This document shows, one piece after another, positions 37,055-47,271 of a stretch of DNA of 64,000 nt. Position 1 is the stretch's first letter, and each line of letters opens with the position of its first letter. The translations under genes were made by a program, and so were the position numbers. The notes below the pieces were generated by a model, which saw only the letters and a program-made list of their open reading frames with translations, did no database searches and was not told where the DNA came from. Location: the NCBI GenBank assembly GCA_965217585.1, contig OZ244561.1:2304001-2368000 (forward strand), given 5' to 3'. The stretch is from Candidatus Latescibacterota bacterium. GTDB taxonomy: Bacteria; Latescibacterota; UBA2968; UBA8231.

Positions 37055-38188
37055 TCAGTTGACCCTCTGCATGAGGCGTTGGGTGATGGAGCCTTCCTGG
37101 GTCAGGGCGTAGATGATCACGTTGACCGCCATCTGATTGTAGCGCGGGTTGCTGCCCCAGCCTATGCCGCCAATACCGACCATCCGGCCGCGGATGAAGT
37201 ACCCGGTGACGATGTCCCTCCAGTCAATATGGCCCCCAGTACCACCTTTCAGAGAGAAAAAGGCATTGAAAATGGGATGGTCCAAGAGTAGGCGTTCGGA
37301 CCAGAAATCATACCCGTCCACTAAGCCACCGTACTTTACCAAGGCTTCGCGATGGTAACCTCCCAGAACGAAGCCCCCGGACAGCATATAGCGGGCATAG
37401 CTTTCCATATCGCTCTCGTTGAGGGACCCCTGAGGAATGAGAATGGGCAGTTCGAGTAGGCGGTTGTCGTTGTAGGTGATCGTGCCGATAAACTCGGCTT
37501 CGAGTCCGGTGTACTCATTGATAACGTCGCACAAAGCATCAATTGAGTACAGATTCAAATTGTTGTAACCCGCCAATTGATCGGTAATGCCGCGGCCCGA
37601 AATCACATGGGCTATTTTGATGAAGCCCTTGATCGCCTGGGGATCGCCGGGGTTCTGGATGACCATGGCCCGGTAGCGACCGGTATCCATGCTGTTGACA
37701 TCGAGCATTTCCAAGGCCATGTCGATTTTGTGCTCCGGCATCCGCGTACTGGTCACCGAGGTGGAGACGAGCTTGGGCTCGAGTATAAGGCTGTTCGTGG
37801 TGTTATCGGTAATCGGCTTGAACAAGCTAATGCCCGAGTTGCCGACGTGGCTGGAAATCAACGAGCGGACATTGAAGTTAGTCGTGGCCTGCACTTGATC
37901 TAGACGGGCGGCGGCCAAGTGGACTTGGCGGCGGGCTAGTTGGCGCTTGGGCTTGGGGATTTTGCGCAGTTCTAAGGGTTTGGTCAGACGGGGTTCGCGT
38001 TTGATGAATTTGGTGCTGAGAGGCCTAGGAGCTTTGGTCTCGACTTGTTGGAAGGGATTGAGGGCAACGAAGACCAAAATGAGACCGACGGCCAGCGCCA
38101 AGGACAGGAGGAGGCCTCGGCGTTGGCGAGCGACCAACTCGGCGAGATCGAAACCGGAAGCGGGAGAATTAAAGCGGGAAGAACTCAT
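37055..38188 (-). CDS. Membrane-anchored protein with Pro/Lys-rich linker and C-terminal DUF4159-like domain
   Basis: N-terminal TM helix; KREPRLTKPLELRKIPKPK; C-terminal YMLSGGF, DHPIF..FF, M.VNVIIYALT. Confidence 0.7.
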   Translation of the reverse strand: MSSSRFNSPASGFDLAELVARQRRGLLLSLALAVGLILVFVALNPFQQVETKAPRPLSTKFIKREPRLTKPLELRKIPKPKRQLARRQVHLAAARLDQVQATTNFNVRSLISSHVGNSGISLFKPITDNTTNSLILEPKLVSTSVTSTRMPEHKIDMALEMLDVNSMDTGRYRAMVIQNPGDPQAIKGFIKIAHVISGRGITDQLAGYNNLNLYSIDALCDVINEYTGLEAEFIGTITYNDNRLLELPILIPQGSLNESDMESYARYMLSGGFVLGGYHREALVKYGGLVDGYDFWSERLLLDHPIFNAFFSLKGGTGGHIDWRDIVTGYFIRGRMVGIGGIGWGSNPRYNQMAVNVIIYALTQEGSITQRLMQRVN

Positions 38189-38274
38189 CGCGCCCTCCTG
38201 AGTGGAGGTTGAAGAGATCAGCCGACAACTTGGTGCTCAAGATATCCCAATCCACCACTGCAATCAAGCACGGC

Positions 38275-38538
38275 TCACTCCCGATTGCAGAAATCCAACA
38301 GGAACTGGGTCGCCTGTAGCCGCGAGGCCCGCGACGGCGAATGACCCGGAGAATCCACTACGTGCAGTTGGCTCAGCAAGGTGTCTTGGGGCAGGGTCCG
38401 GCGCTGCTCGGCAAAGAGCTGCATGGCAAAGCGGACGCAGGCTTCAGTATCGACCACGTCGTCCTGGCTACCCACGCTCAAGTAGGTGCAGCGGAGCTGT
38501 TGGTCGCCGGCGGCGACGGTGAATTCTTCGGTATTCAT
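38275..38538 (-). CDS. Hypothetical protein
   Basis: 87-aa ORF with plausible composition and no recognisable motif. Confidence 0.4.
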   Translation of the reverse strand: MNTEEFTVAAGDQQLRCTYLSVGSQDDVVDTEACVRFAMQLFAEQRRTLPQDTLLSQLHVVDSPGHSPSRASRLQATQFLLDFCNRE

Positions 38539-38692
38539 ACGGGCATAATGTAAAACTCCAACCGCTGATTGGAGAAATCAGTTGGGCCAATAATTTGGTG
38601 GTTATGGGGCGCTGCAAGGACCGCTGGAGCGGGAATTCTACATCCGCATGACCTGCAAGTTCGGCTGGACGAAGAATGTCCGCATCCACCAA
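38538..38692 (+). pseudogene. Fragment of a YhcG/DUF1016-family nuclease gene
   Basis: YGHNVKLQPLIGEISWANNLVVMGRCKD, then a 1-nt frameshift to PLEREFYIRMTCKFGWTKNVRIHQ; typical DUF1016 N-domain sequence. Confidence 0.75.
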
Positions 38693-40123
38693 TCACTGCT
38701 GCACAAAGCTGTATAAGCACGCGTCGCGCAAGTAGAACTTGAGGCGAATCACGCGGCCCTGCAGAGCGCCATACGAAGTCCGTCGCCAAGTCACCTGATG
38801 ATCGACCGAATCGCCGTCGAAGAGCGCGCAATCCATCCGGCCAAAGCCCTCGTGCTGGACGCCCGCCTCGTCGAGCACAGCCACCGCCACTAGGCCGCCT
38901 TTGGCCGCAGCATTGATGTGCAGCGAATCCCCTCGGCAGATAAAGGGCTTGGTGATGAGCGTGCCCGTTTCTGCGCCAGCGTTGACCGACACAAAGCCAT
39001 CGACGCGCAGCTTGGCCAAGCAGATGGGGCCGCTGCGTCCGGTGGGACCGTGCTCGATGGGGCAGGGCGAGTAGTAAAACCACAACTCGTCGCCCACGGA
39101 CACCGGCGCATGGGCCACGTACACTTCGCCAGCGTCGATGCTGTTGGGCGGGCCGTTGGGAATAAAGGCTTGGCGATCCCCTACTCGCTCCCAAGAAATG
39201 CCGTTGCGGCTGATGGCCAATTGCACGTCAACAGGGCCAAAAAAGCGGATGTGGGGTTCTTCGGGCGGGGTGTGGTAGGCCAGCAGTTGGCCAATGTACA
39301 GGCCCTCGTACTTGAAGACCTGCATGTTGTAGAATTGCAGGCCCTCGGGGTCTTGCCCGTCGGGTTCGAGAATCTCCTCGGGGTCGGTCCAGTGGATGAA
39401 ATCGTCGCTGACCGAGCGGCCGACGCGGCGGATCTTATTGCCCTCGTGGAGCGAAGGGCGGCAGTACGCCACGTATTGGCCGTGCAATTCGTCCCAGCCC
39501 AATAGCGTATGCGAGTCGCTGGCCCGGGTAATGACCGGATTACCCGGATACTTGGTCCAGTGCAAACCGTCGGACGAAAAGGCCACGGAGACGCCATCGC
39601 CTTCGTTGGAAGTGCCGTCGGCAGCGCGCGATTCGTAAAACAGCGACTTGTAGCGCCTGTCGGGGTCGGGGTCGTGCGGGTCGCAAATGACGTTGCCGCC
39701 GGCCGCGTTGATGAGCACAATATTGGTGTCTTTGCTGCCTTCGTACGCGACCAACCCCAAGTTGGGTCGCTCCCAAAAGATGCCGTCCTCGGAGGTGGCA
39801 AAGCAGGTGCTATAGAGCAGGTTCTGCGGGTCGAACCCCATAGCGGCCCACTTGGAGGTATTCTCAGCGCCCATCTGGGCCACGCCCATGCGGCCCAACC
39901 CCGTGTACCACATGCGGAAGTGGCCGCTGGCCGGGTCGCGCAGGACGGTGCCGTAGAGTTCGACCCGGCCCTCCCAAGGGTAGAGGGGAAAGAAGAGGGG
40001 GTTGCCGACGTATTTGGCCGGCTGATTCAAGGTGCGAGCCACGGCGTGCGTCTGGGCGATGATGTGGTCGTCGACGAACAGTTGCTTAGTGGTGCCGATG
40101 TCGAGGACGGTTTCGCGTTCCAT
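38693..40123 (-). CDS. Five-bladed beta-propeller glycoside hydrolase-like protein (GH32/43/130-like)
   Basis: KQLFVDD; Asp-box-like motifs SEDGIFW, SSDGLHW, SDDFIHW, SRNGISW; LRVDGFVS. Confidence 0.75.
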   Translation of the reverse strand: MERETVLDIGTTKQLFVDDHIIAQTHAVARTLNQPAKYVGNPLFFPLYPWEGRVELYGTVLRDPASGHFRMWYTGLGRMGVAQMGAENTSKWAAMGFDPQNLLYSTCFATSEDGIFWERPNLGLVAYEGSKDTNIVLINAAGGNVICDPHDPDPDRRYKSLFYESRAADGTSNEGDGVSVAFSSDGLHWTKYPGNPVITRASDSHTLLGWDELHGQYVAYCRPSLHEGNKIRRVGRSVSDDFIHWTDPEEILEPDGQDPEGLQFYNMQVFKYEGLYIGQLLAYHTPPEEPHIRFFGPVDVQLAISRNGISWERVGDRQAFIPNGPPNSIDAGEVYVAHAPVSVGDELWFYYSPCPIEHGPTGRSGPICLAKLRVDGFVSVNAGAETGTLITKPFICRGDSLHINAAAKGGLVAVAVLDEAGVQHEGFGRMDCALFDGDSVDHQVTWRRTSYGALQGRVIRLKFYLRDACLYSFVQQ

Positions 40124-40212
40124 GGTTTTTCAGACAGCTTCTAAGTGTTGTTCAAGTGAATTTCACCAGCAGTATCCATGCAATCCACATGCCCAAGTAA
40201 AGGAAAGGAATT

Positions 40213-41019
40213 GTGAAGATCGACAAAGACAAAGGTGCTGCCAAGCGCGATTTGGGCCGGGGCTTTGAGGGCCGCCGGATGGACCTAAACGTGGGGCATT
40301 TTTTCTACTGGGTGCGGGCGGGGGCCGCCCCAACCCTAGTGCTGATACCGGGCAGCTTTAATGACGCCTATGCCTTAGAGGGCATTATTGATGGACTCGA
40401 TGAGAGCATGCAGGTGGCAGTCATAGAAGTGCGCGGCCACGGCGGTGGTTGGCCGCCCCCGCGAGGGGGTTCAATTGAGCAATTCGCCCAAGACGCGCTG
40501 CGCGTCATTGATGAACTGGGACTCGATTGCTGCTATGTGGGTGGCCACAGCATTGGCGGTATGATCGCCCTAGAGGTGGGCCGCGTGCAGCCGCAAAAGG
40601 TCCGGGGCATCATTTCTATGGAGGGCTGGACCAGTCACCATGTCCTGGCCAATGCGTTTGGCAGCGATGTCTCCAGTACGCTCTCGCCGCGGCAACAAGC
40701 GCGCCATGAGGCCCTGCGTCGCCGGGTGCTGGGGCGCTGGACAGACGCGCAAATAGCGGAATTTCGCACGTACTGGAAAAAGTGGGATGGGTACGATTTT
40801 CTTTGCCGCACCGAGTTGCCCATCTTGGAATTGTACGGCGACCGGGGCCGCAACAGACCCAGTCTGGCCCAATTGCGCATTCCGGCGCGGGCCAATATCC
40901 AAGTCCAGTGGATGGCCCACGTATCGCACAATTTGCAGCTTGAATGCCCCCGGGCCGTGGCCCAGGCGTGCCGCGATTTTATCGCTCGGATCGAACGCGA
41001 GACTGGCTCGGGTCAATAA
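40213..41019 (+). CDS. Alpha/beta hydrolase
   Basis: RGHG, nucleophile elbow GHSIGG, C-terminal His. Confidence 0.85.
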   Translation: MKIDKDKGAAKRDLGRGFEGRRMDLNVGHFFYWVRAGAAPTLVLIPGSFNDAYALEGIIDGLDESMQVAVIEVRGHGGGWPPPRGGSIEQFAQDALRVIDELGLDCCYVGGHSIGGMIALEVGRVQPQKVRGIISMEGWTSHHVLANAFGSDVSSTLSPRQQARHEALRRRVLGRWTDAQIAEFRTYWKKWDGYDFLCRTELPILELYGDRGRNRPSLAQLRIPARANIQVQWMAHVSHNLQLECPRAVAQACRDFIARIERETGSGQ

Positions 41020-41030
41020 TTGCGCTCCGA

Positions 41031-42062
41031 TTAACCCACTCTCAGCGGATACACCCAACAGGTGCTGCCGCCCAGTTCGCAGGGCGCGCCAAAGGGTTCG
41101 AGGCGGCCGATCTCGTCAATGCGGTAGGAGACCAGCCGCGTGGAGCCGTCGCCACCGCCGTACATGAACTTGCCTTCGGGTTCAATGGCAAAGGGGCGCG
41201 GGGTGGCCTCGCCGGGCTGTTGCCCCAGCGAGCGGATCAGGCCGGTGTCTGGATCAATGGCGAACATCGCGATGCTGTCGTGGCCTCGGTTGGAGGCGTA
41301 GATCGACTTGCCGGAGGGGTGGATGTGGAGCTGGGCGTTGCTGTTGGCTTCGCGGCCGGGAAAATCTTCTTCGGGTAGGGTCGATACGGTCTGTACCGCC
41401 TGTAGGGTGCCTTGGTCCGTGTCGAAGCGGTACACGGTGACGCTGGAGCCTTGCTCGTTATCGGCGTACATCACGTCGAGGTTGGGGTGGAATGCTAGGT
41501 GGCGCGGGCCTTCGCCTTGTCCACAAGCCAGAATGGGTACAGCCGGGTTGGGGCTTAGTTTGCCGGTATCGGCGTCAAAGAGGAATTGATAGATCGAATT
41601 GGCCGACTCGACATGGGGCACAAAGGCGTAGCGGTTGGAAGGATCGGTGGCAATGCAGTGGGCGAAGCGCTCGGTCTTGTAGGTATCGACGGCCGGGTCC
41701 TGCAAAGCGCCGTCGCCACCAATGGAGTGGACCGTGGCCATGCCGCCGAGGTAGTAGGCGGCCAAAAGAAAGCGACCCGTGCGGTCGGTGGACAAATAGC
41801 AGGGCATGGCCGCGACCGGCACTTCGCCGGTGGGCGTCAAAGCCCCGGTGGCTGGATCGATGGCGTAGCTGCCAATGGCGTGATCGTCGCCGTCTCTCAA
41901 GCCGACGTACAGGTATTGGCGCTTTGGATCGGCGGCAACCGCGAAGCCGCTTTTGTTCAGGGTAATCTGGTGTTTGCGTTCGAGTTGGCCCGAATCGACA
42001 TCCATGGAAAAGACTAGCAATTGGTTCTCTGTCGAGATCGGCACGTAGAGGTAGTAGTTCAT
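41031..42062 (-). CDS. Lactonase family (6-phosphogluconolactonase-like) beta-propeller
   Basis: PCYLSTD, AH.I..DP, GPRHLAFHP, YASNRGHDSI, PRPF. Confidence 0.9.
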   Translation of the reverse strand: MNYYLYVPISTENQLLVFSMDVDSGQLERKHQITLNKSGFAVAADPKRQYLYVGLRDGDDHAIGSYAIDPATGALTPTGEVPVAAMPCYLSTDRTGRFLLAAYYLGGMATVHSIGGDGALQDPAVDTYKTERFAHCIATDPSNRYAFVPHVESANSIYQFLFDADTGKLSPNPAVPILACGQGEGPRHLAFHPNLDVMYADNEQGSSVTVYRFDTDQGTLQAVQTVSTLPEEDFPGREANSNAQLHIHPSGKSIYASNRGHDSIAMFAIDPDTGLIRSLGQQPGEATPRPFAIEPEGKFMYGGGDGSTRLVSYRIDEIGRLEPFGAPCELGGSTCWVYPLRVG

Positions 42063-42159
42063 GGTGTGATAGTCCTCTCTTCGTTAGGTTTCCGGTGAAT
42101 TGCCCTGATAAACTATGCAGCGCAGCCTGCGGAACCAATTTAACCCCCTGGAGGAAACT

Positions 42160-43728
42160 ATGACAGAGCGAACGGCCGCGCCCGACTACGGCATCATGTA
42201 CAACTGGGACGGTGCGCCCCACGGCTACAGCGAATACCCCCAATCGCTGGCGCAGTTCCTCGACAAAGTGTACGCGCCCCTAGCCGATACTCAGGTGGGG
42301 GCTTTGTGCTGGTGCGTGGGCGTCCACGAAGTGCCTTGGCCCTCAGAGCAATTGGATGTGGTAGGAGCATCGACCGAGCGGCACTACGATTCGGTGCAGA
42401 CTATGCGCCACACCGAAAACATTCGCGCCCTTTTCGAGCGGGGGGACGATTTGTACGGAGCACTGGTGCAGCGCGGGCGCGAACTGGGCATGGCGGTGCT
42501 GCCATCGCTGCGCATGAACGACAACCACTTCTGGGATTTGCGCCCGGGCGATCTAGGCGGCTTGCAACGGGCCGAGCTAACGCCGCTGCGGCAGCAGCAC
42601 CCCGAGTGGCTTTTGGGCGAGGAGCAGGCACCGGGCTGGGCCTCGACTTCGTGGAATATGGCCATCCCCGAAGTGCGGGCCTACATCTTGCAGCGCGTCG
42701 TCGAAGCCTGCCGCTTGGCCGACTGGGATGGCGTCGAGTTGGATTGGCAGCGGCACGCCTTTCACTTGCCAGCCGACGATGCGTACCGCTTGCGCTACGT
42801 TTTGACCGATCTCATGCGAGCCATACGAGCGCAGACCGACCAGATAGCCGAGGAGCGGGGGCGGCCCTTTCACGTGGCCGTGCGAGTGGCCACGACCTTT
42901 GAAGCCTGCCGCCGCATTGGCTACGATGTGGAGACTTGGGTGCGGGATGGATTGTGCGATGTGGTTATCAGCGGCGGCAATTCGGGGACCGATCCAGGGG
43001 CCGAGGTCGAGCGTTTTGTCGAGTTGTGCCGTCCTCACGGCGTGCGCTTCTACGCTGGCTTTGACTCGGACGGGCGGCAGCAGGCGCGGCGCTTGCTGCC
43101 TCATGGAGCGTGGCGGGTGGATTGGTTCCGCGGCTTGGCCCAAGACCAGCTAGCGCGTGGAGCGGACGGCGTGTATGTCTTCAACTGGCACGGCCATGCC
43201 CAGACGCACCGACCATTGCTCACTACCATGGGATCGGCAGCAACACTGGCCGGCTTGGACAAAGTGTACACTGCCCTGCACCGTAGCATTGGTCCCAAGA
43301 CCGGGAACCGAGTGGATGCCGAGCGCGACGACCGCCTGTACGGCGAGGTACCGGTGACGCTGTATCCCACCCTGACGGACAGTGGCCCGAGCTTCCACGT
43401 CCGCGTCGGTGACGAGGTCGAGACCGAAGGCGAGTTGGCAGCCGCCGAATTGCAGATCGAAATAGCCCACTGGTCGTCCGCCGACCGGATCGAAGTGATG
43501 TTGGACGGAGTCGCGTTGGCAGCGCCGGTGGTGCGCGATGCCGCGGCCGAAGATGCATCCGATCCAAGCGATGTGTCTGAGAACGCTTGGCTTTGCTGGC
43601 GCTTGACCGCGGCACAGGTGGGGCGCGGCGTTCACCAAATCCGGCTGCGTCTGTTAGAGCGGGATGCGCGGCTGCGGGTACCCTTGCGGGTCGAGCAGGT
43701 GGAAATCTATTTGCAGTACCACCGGTAG
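42160..43728 (+). CDS. GHL10/DUF187-like TIM-barrel glycoside hydrolase-like protein
   Basis: YNWDG, SLRMND.H, HPEW, A.PEVR, DGVELDW, GADGVYVFN. Confidence 0.7.
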   Translation: MTERTAAPDYGIMYNWDGAPHGYSEYPQSLAQFLDKVYAPLADTQVGALCWCVGVHEVPWPSEQLDVVGASTERHYDSVQTMRHTENIRALFERGDDLYGALVQRGRELGMAVLPSLRMNDNHFWDLRPGDLGGLQRAELTPLRQQHPEWLLGEEQAPGWASTSWNMAIPEVRAYILQRVVEACRLADWDGVELDWQRHAFHLPADDAYRLRYVLTDLMRAIRAQTDQIAEERGRPFHVAVRVATTFEACRRIGYDVETWVRDGLCDVVISGGNSGTDPGAEVERFVELCRPHGVRFYAGFDSDGRQQARRLLPHGAWRVDWFRGLAQDQLARGADGVYVFNWHGHAQTHRPLLTTMGSAATLAGLDKVYTALHRSIGPKTGNRVDAERDDRLYGEVPVTLYPTLTDSGPSFHVRVGDEVETEGELAAAELQIEIAHWSSADRIEVMLDGVALAAPVVRDAAAEDASDPSDVSENAWLCWRLTAAQVGRGVHQIRLRLLERDARLRVPLRVEQVEIYLQYHR

Positions 43729-43788
43729 AGTTGTGCATTTATTGATAGTCAGTTCACTTTGCCCGATCCCACTGGAGTGGACCACTCG

Positions 43789-46140
43789 ATGCTGGGAATA
43801 GCTATATCCGCTGTTCTGGTCATAGGCCTAGTACTGCCGACGCACGCCCAAATTGAAAAGAGCGACCTCTATATCGGTCTGTTGCTCGATTTTGAGACCG
43901 AGGCAACTGATGACGAAAGTGAGCTGATCCTCCTGCAGGAGGAAATCCACAAGGTGCTAGGGGTCGATAAGTCGGTCCATTTCCTCCCCGAGCATCTGCG
44001 TTTCTCCGCCGATTACGAAGACTATCTATCCCTAGCCAACGACCCGGCGGTCGATCTGATCATTGCCGCCGGGCCAGTAAGCGCCGCAATGTTGGCCGCC
44101 CAAGGCAACCTGCCCAAACCGACGATCGCCGTGGGGATACTGGACGTGGAATTACAGCGAATGCCCCTAGTCGAGCCCGGCGTCTCCGGGGTGCACAATT
44201 TTACCTACGTTCTCAGTACCCACCCGATCCAAAAGGACTTGGCGGCGTTCCACCGCATCCATCCTTTTGCGCATCTGGCCGTTATCATCAGTGAAAACCT
44301 GCAAGGCACGCTGGATTTCGAGGGCTTCTTCGCCGGCCTCGCAGCGCCTTACGAGGCCCAGGTGGAGTTGGTTTTTTGGGAGACAGAAGCGTCTCTCCCG
44401 GCGCTGAGCGACGCGGTTGACGCGGTCTATCTAACGATGGTCTTCGAGCGCTCACCCGAGGAGGTCGCCCTGCTGGCCGAGGCCCTTGCCGAGCGCAAGC
44501 TGCCTTCCTTTGCCATGAGCCGGCCGTATGTGGACGCGGGGATGATGGCCTGTATCGGCGACGAAAACGGCCGCGACCAGATTTTCCGCAACTTGGCCCT
44601 GATCGTCGAGGGAGTCGCGCTGGGAGAAGAGCTGGCGGCGATGCCCGTGCGGCGCAATCTCGACGAGCAATGGGTGCTGAATGCCGCAACAATCCGACGG
44701 ATCGGTCTCGACCTCTCTTTTGCAACGCTGTTTTCCGCCCGTTTTCTCAAAGCCGACGAACCCGCTACCGATCGACGCCTGAGTTTGCAGGAGATTATCG
44801 CCGAAGGCTTGCAGCGCAACCTCGACCTACGCATCGAAAAACGCAACGTCGATTTGGCCCGCCAAGATATGCGCCAGGCCAAATCGTCCCTCCTGCCCAC
44901 TGTAGAAACCTCGACCACTCTGTTGCAGGTGGACCCAAATGTCGCCGAGCGCGCCTTGGGTCAACAGCCCGAGCGCACCGGCGCGGGCACGGGTACCGTA
45001 CAGCAGGTACTATTTTCCGAGCCAGTCTTCGCCAACGTCCAAATTCAGCGATATCTAGCCGAAGCCGCCCGCCATCGATCCGATCTAGTCGCACTCGACT
45101 TGGTGCTGAACCTAGCGACGGCCTATTTCGACATCTTGCTGGCCAAGACCGGGGTACGCATCCAAGATGAAAATCTCGAAGCCTCGCGCCGCAACTTGAA
45201 GATCGCCCGCACCCGCAATGCCGTCGGCTACGCTGGCATGGCCGACGTATTCCGCTGGGAGAGCGAAGTGGCCCGCGCTACCCAAGCCTCGATTGAGGCT
45301 TTCAACAGCCTCTACCTTGCCAAAGTGCAACTCAACCGATTGCTCAACCGGGCGGATATCGGCGCGGAGTTCGAGGTGGAGGATGCCCGGCTTTCCGACG
45401 AACTCTTTGGTCGCTTCGATCCGACCCGCATCGGTCCCCTGATTGACCGCGCCGGCGATGTGGAGATCCTGACCGACTTTCTCGTCGCAGAGGCCCTTAA
45501 AAACATGCCCTCGCTCAAACAGCTAGCGGCCAATATGAAAGCAGCCGAACGCCAGCAGCAGATGAACCGCCGGCTGTACTACCTGCCTACCGTGGCTTTG
45601 CGAGGACAGGCCGACTACACCTTCTGGCGCGCCGGCAAGGGGATGCCGCCCGTCTCCGCCGCTCCCATCGACGGCACTTGGAATTTGGCCCTTCACTTCA
45701 CCTATCCCCTCTTTCAGGGCAACCAGCGCAAGATTGCCATCGACCAGACCGCAATCCAGCAGCAGCAACTCCGCCTCCAAGAGGAGAGTTTGCGCCAGCA
45801 GCTATCCCAAGCCGTCCGGGTGCGAATGACCAACTTGGTGTCCAGGCGCACCAACATACACTTTGCCGAGGTGGCGGCGGCAAGCGCCCAAAAGAACTTT
45901 GAACTAGTGCAGGACGCCTATCAAAAGGGCCAACTGGAAATCACCCAACTGGTGGATGCCCAACGAGCCGCCCTTTCCGCCCGCCAAGCCGAGGCCGGGG
46001 CCGTTTACGAATACCTAGTCAGCTATCTCCAGTTGGAAAACAGCATCGGAGGCTACACCATGTTCATGACCTCAGAGGAGCAGCAGGCCTTTGTCGGGCG
46101 CTTGACGGCCTTCTTCTCCAAAAGAAAAAACGCACCATGA
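43789..46140 (+). CDS. TolC-family outer membrane efflux protein with N-terminal ABC-type substrate-binding-like domain
   Basis: About 320-aa N-terminal alpha/beta domain (VDLIIAAG, DAVYL, KLPSF, W.LN..T.RRIG), then TolC repeats (N.DL, AYF..L, YPLFQG, Y..G.....L.DAQ). Confidence 0.85.
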   Translation: MLGIAISAVLVIGLVLPTHAQIEKSDLYIGLLLDFETEATDDESELILLQEEIHKVLGVDKSVHFLPEHLRFSADYEDYLSLANDPAVDLIIAAGPVSAAMLAAQGNLPKPTIAVGILDVELQRMPLVEPGVSGVHNFTYVLSTHPIQKDLAAFHRIHPFAHLAVIISENLQGTLDFEGFFAGLAAPYEAQVELVFWETEASLPALSDAVDAVYLTMVFERSPEEVALLAEALAERKLPSFAMSRPYVDAGMMACIGDENGRDQIFRNLALIVEGVALGEELAAMPVRRNLDEQWVLNAATIRRIGLDLSFATLFSARFLKADEPATDRRLSLQEIIAEGLQRNLDLRIEKRNVDLARQDMRQAKSSLLPTVETSTTLLQVDPNVAERALGQQPERTGAGTGTVQQVLFSEPVFANVQIQRYLAEAARHRSDLVALDLVLNLATAYFDILLAKTGVRIQDENLEASRRNLKIARTRNAVGYAGMADVFRWESEVARATQASIEAFNSLYLAKVQLNRLLNRADIGAEFEVEDARLSDELFGRFDPTRIGPLIDRAGDVEILTDFLVAEALKNMPSLKQLAANMKAAERQQQMNRRLYYLPTVALRGQADYTFWRAGKGMPPVSAAPIDGTWNLALHFTYPLFQGNQRKIAIDQTAIQQQQLRLQEESLRQQLSQAVRVRMTNLVSRRTNIHFAEVAAASAQKNFELVQDAYQKGQLEITQLVDAQRAALSARQAEAGAVYEYLVSYLQLENSIGGYTMFMTSEEQQAFVGRLTAFFSKRKNAP

Positions 46141-47243
46141 AGCGAGGTATCATGCCAAAGCGAAATTTCGCAGCCATCGGGGTCCATATTCTGGCAATGG
46201 GCCTGTGGGTTGGTTGTGGCGGCGAACCACAGGTCGCCGAACCCATTCGCCCGGTAAAATACGCCGAAGTCCGTCCCGCCAGCGCCGTCCAGAGCCAGCG
46301 TTTTGCCGGCACCGCCAAAGCCGGCATCGAAGCCAAACTCAGCTTTAGAACGGGCGGACTCATCGAAGCGATCGGCGTAAAGGTGGGCGACCAAGTCGAA
46401 GCAGGTCAGCGCATTGCCACACTCGACAACCGGGATGCAGTCCTCGCACATCAACGGGCCAAGGCGGCGCTAGAAAACGCCCGCGTGCAAAAGGCCAATG
46501 CCCAGTCCAAGCTCATTCGCGTACGGCAGCTCTACCAAGCCAACAATGTCTCCCTCGCTGAGTACGAACAGGCCAAAAACGGCTTTGCCTCGGCCACGTC
46601 CAGCTACGAATCGGCCCAGAAGAGTTTGGACTTACAGGAGCGCCAGCTAGGCTACAATGAGATATACGCCCCTGTCGCCGGCATAGTCACCGCGGTCCAC
46701 AACGAGGTCAACGAAGTGATCCAAGCCGGCGCGCCCTTAGTGGAGTTGAGCGCGGGCGAGGACATCGAAATGGAGGTAGGGGTGCCCGAGGGCTATATCG
46801 CCCAAATCCAGACCGGAGAACCGGTGAGCGTGCGTTTTTCAGCTCTGCCCGGACTGGATTTTGCGGCCCAAGTGCGCGAGATAGCATACGCACTCGACGC
46901 CTCCAGCACGTATCCGGTCATTGTGCGACTCGACGCCCCTGCTCCCGCCATCCGGCCCGGTATGGCCGGCGAGGTGGAATTTCGCTTTGGCACCGATGGG
47001 CCATCGGACCCGCTCGTGGTACCCGTCAAAGCGGTAGGGGAAGACGCCAAAGGCCAATATGTCTTTGTGATAGACGAGGTCGCCAAGGGCCTAGGTACTG
47101 TCCACCGCCGGCCGATTCGCATCGGCAAGCTGTTGGCGGACGGTTTTGTCGTGGAAGAAGGACTCGCCGAACGGGAGTTGGTCGCGACCGCGGGCCTCAG
47201 ATCGCTCTTGAACGGGATGAAGGTGCGTCTTTTGCAAGAGTGA
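46137..47243 (+). CDS. RND efflux periplasmic adaptor subunit
   Basis: LSFR.GG.I, VKVGD.V..GQ, IYAP..G, VP..AV, GL. Confidence 0.92.
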   Translation: MKRGIMPKRNFAAIGVHILAMGLWVGCGGEPQVAEPIRPVKYAEVRPASAVQSQRFAGTAKAGIEAKLSFRTGGLIEAIGVKVGDQVEAGQRIATLDNRDAVLAHQRAKAALENARVQKANAQSKLIRVRQLYQANNVSLAEYEQAKNGFASATSSYESAQKSLDLQERQLGYNEIYAPVAGIVTAVHNEVNEVIQAGAPLVELSAGEDIEMEVGVPEGYIAQIQTGEPVSVRFSALPGLDFAAQVREIAYALDASSTYPVIVRLDAPAPAIRPGMAGEVEFRFGTDGPSDPLVVPVKAVGEDAKGQYVFVIDEVAKGLGTVHRRPIRIGKLLADGFVVEEGLAERELVATAGLRSLLNGMKVRLLQE

Positions 47244-47271
47244 GACGCGCCCGGCCTGAACGGACTATGCT

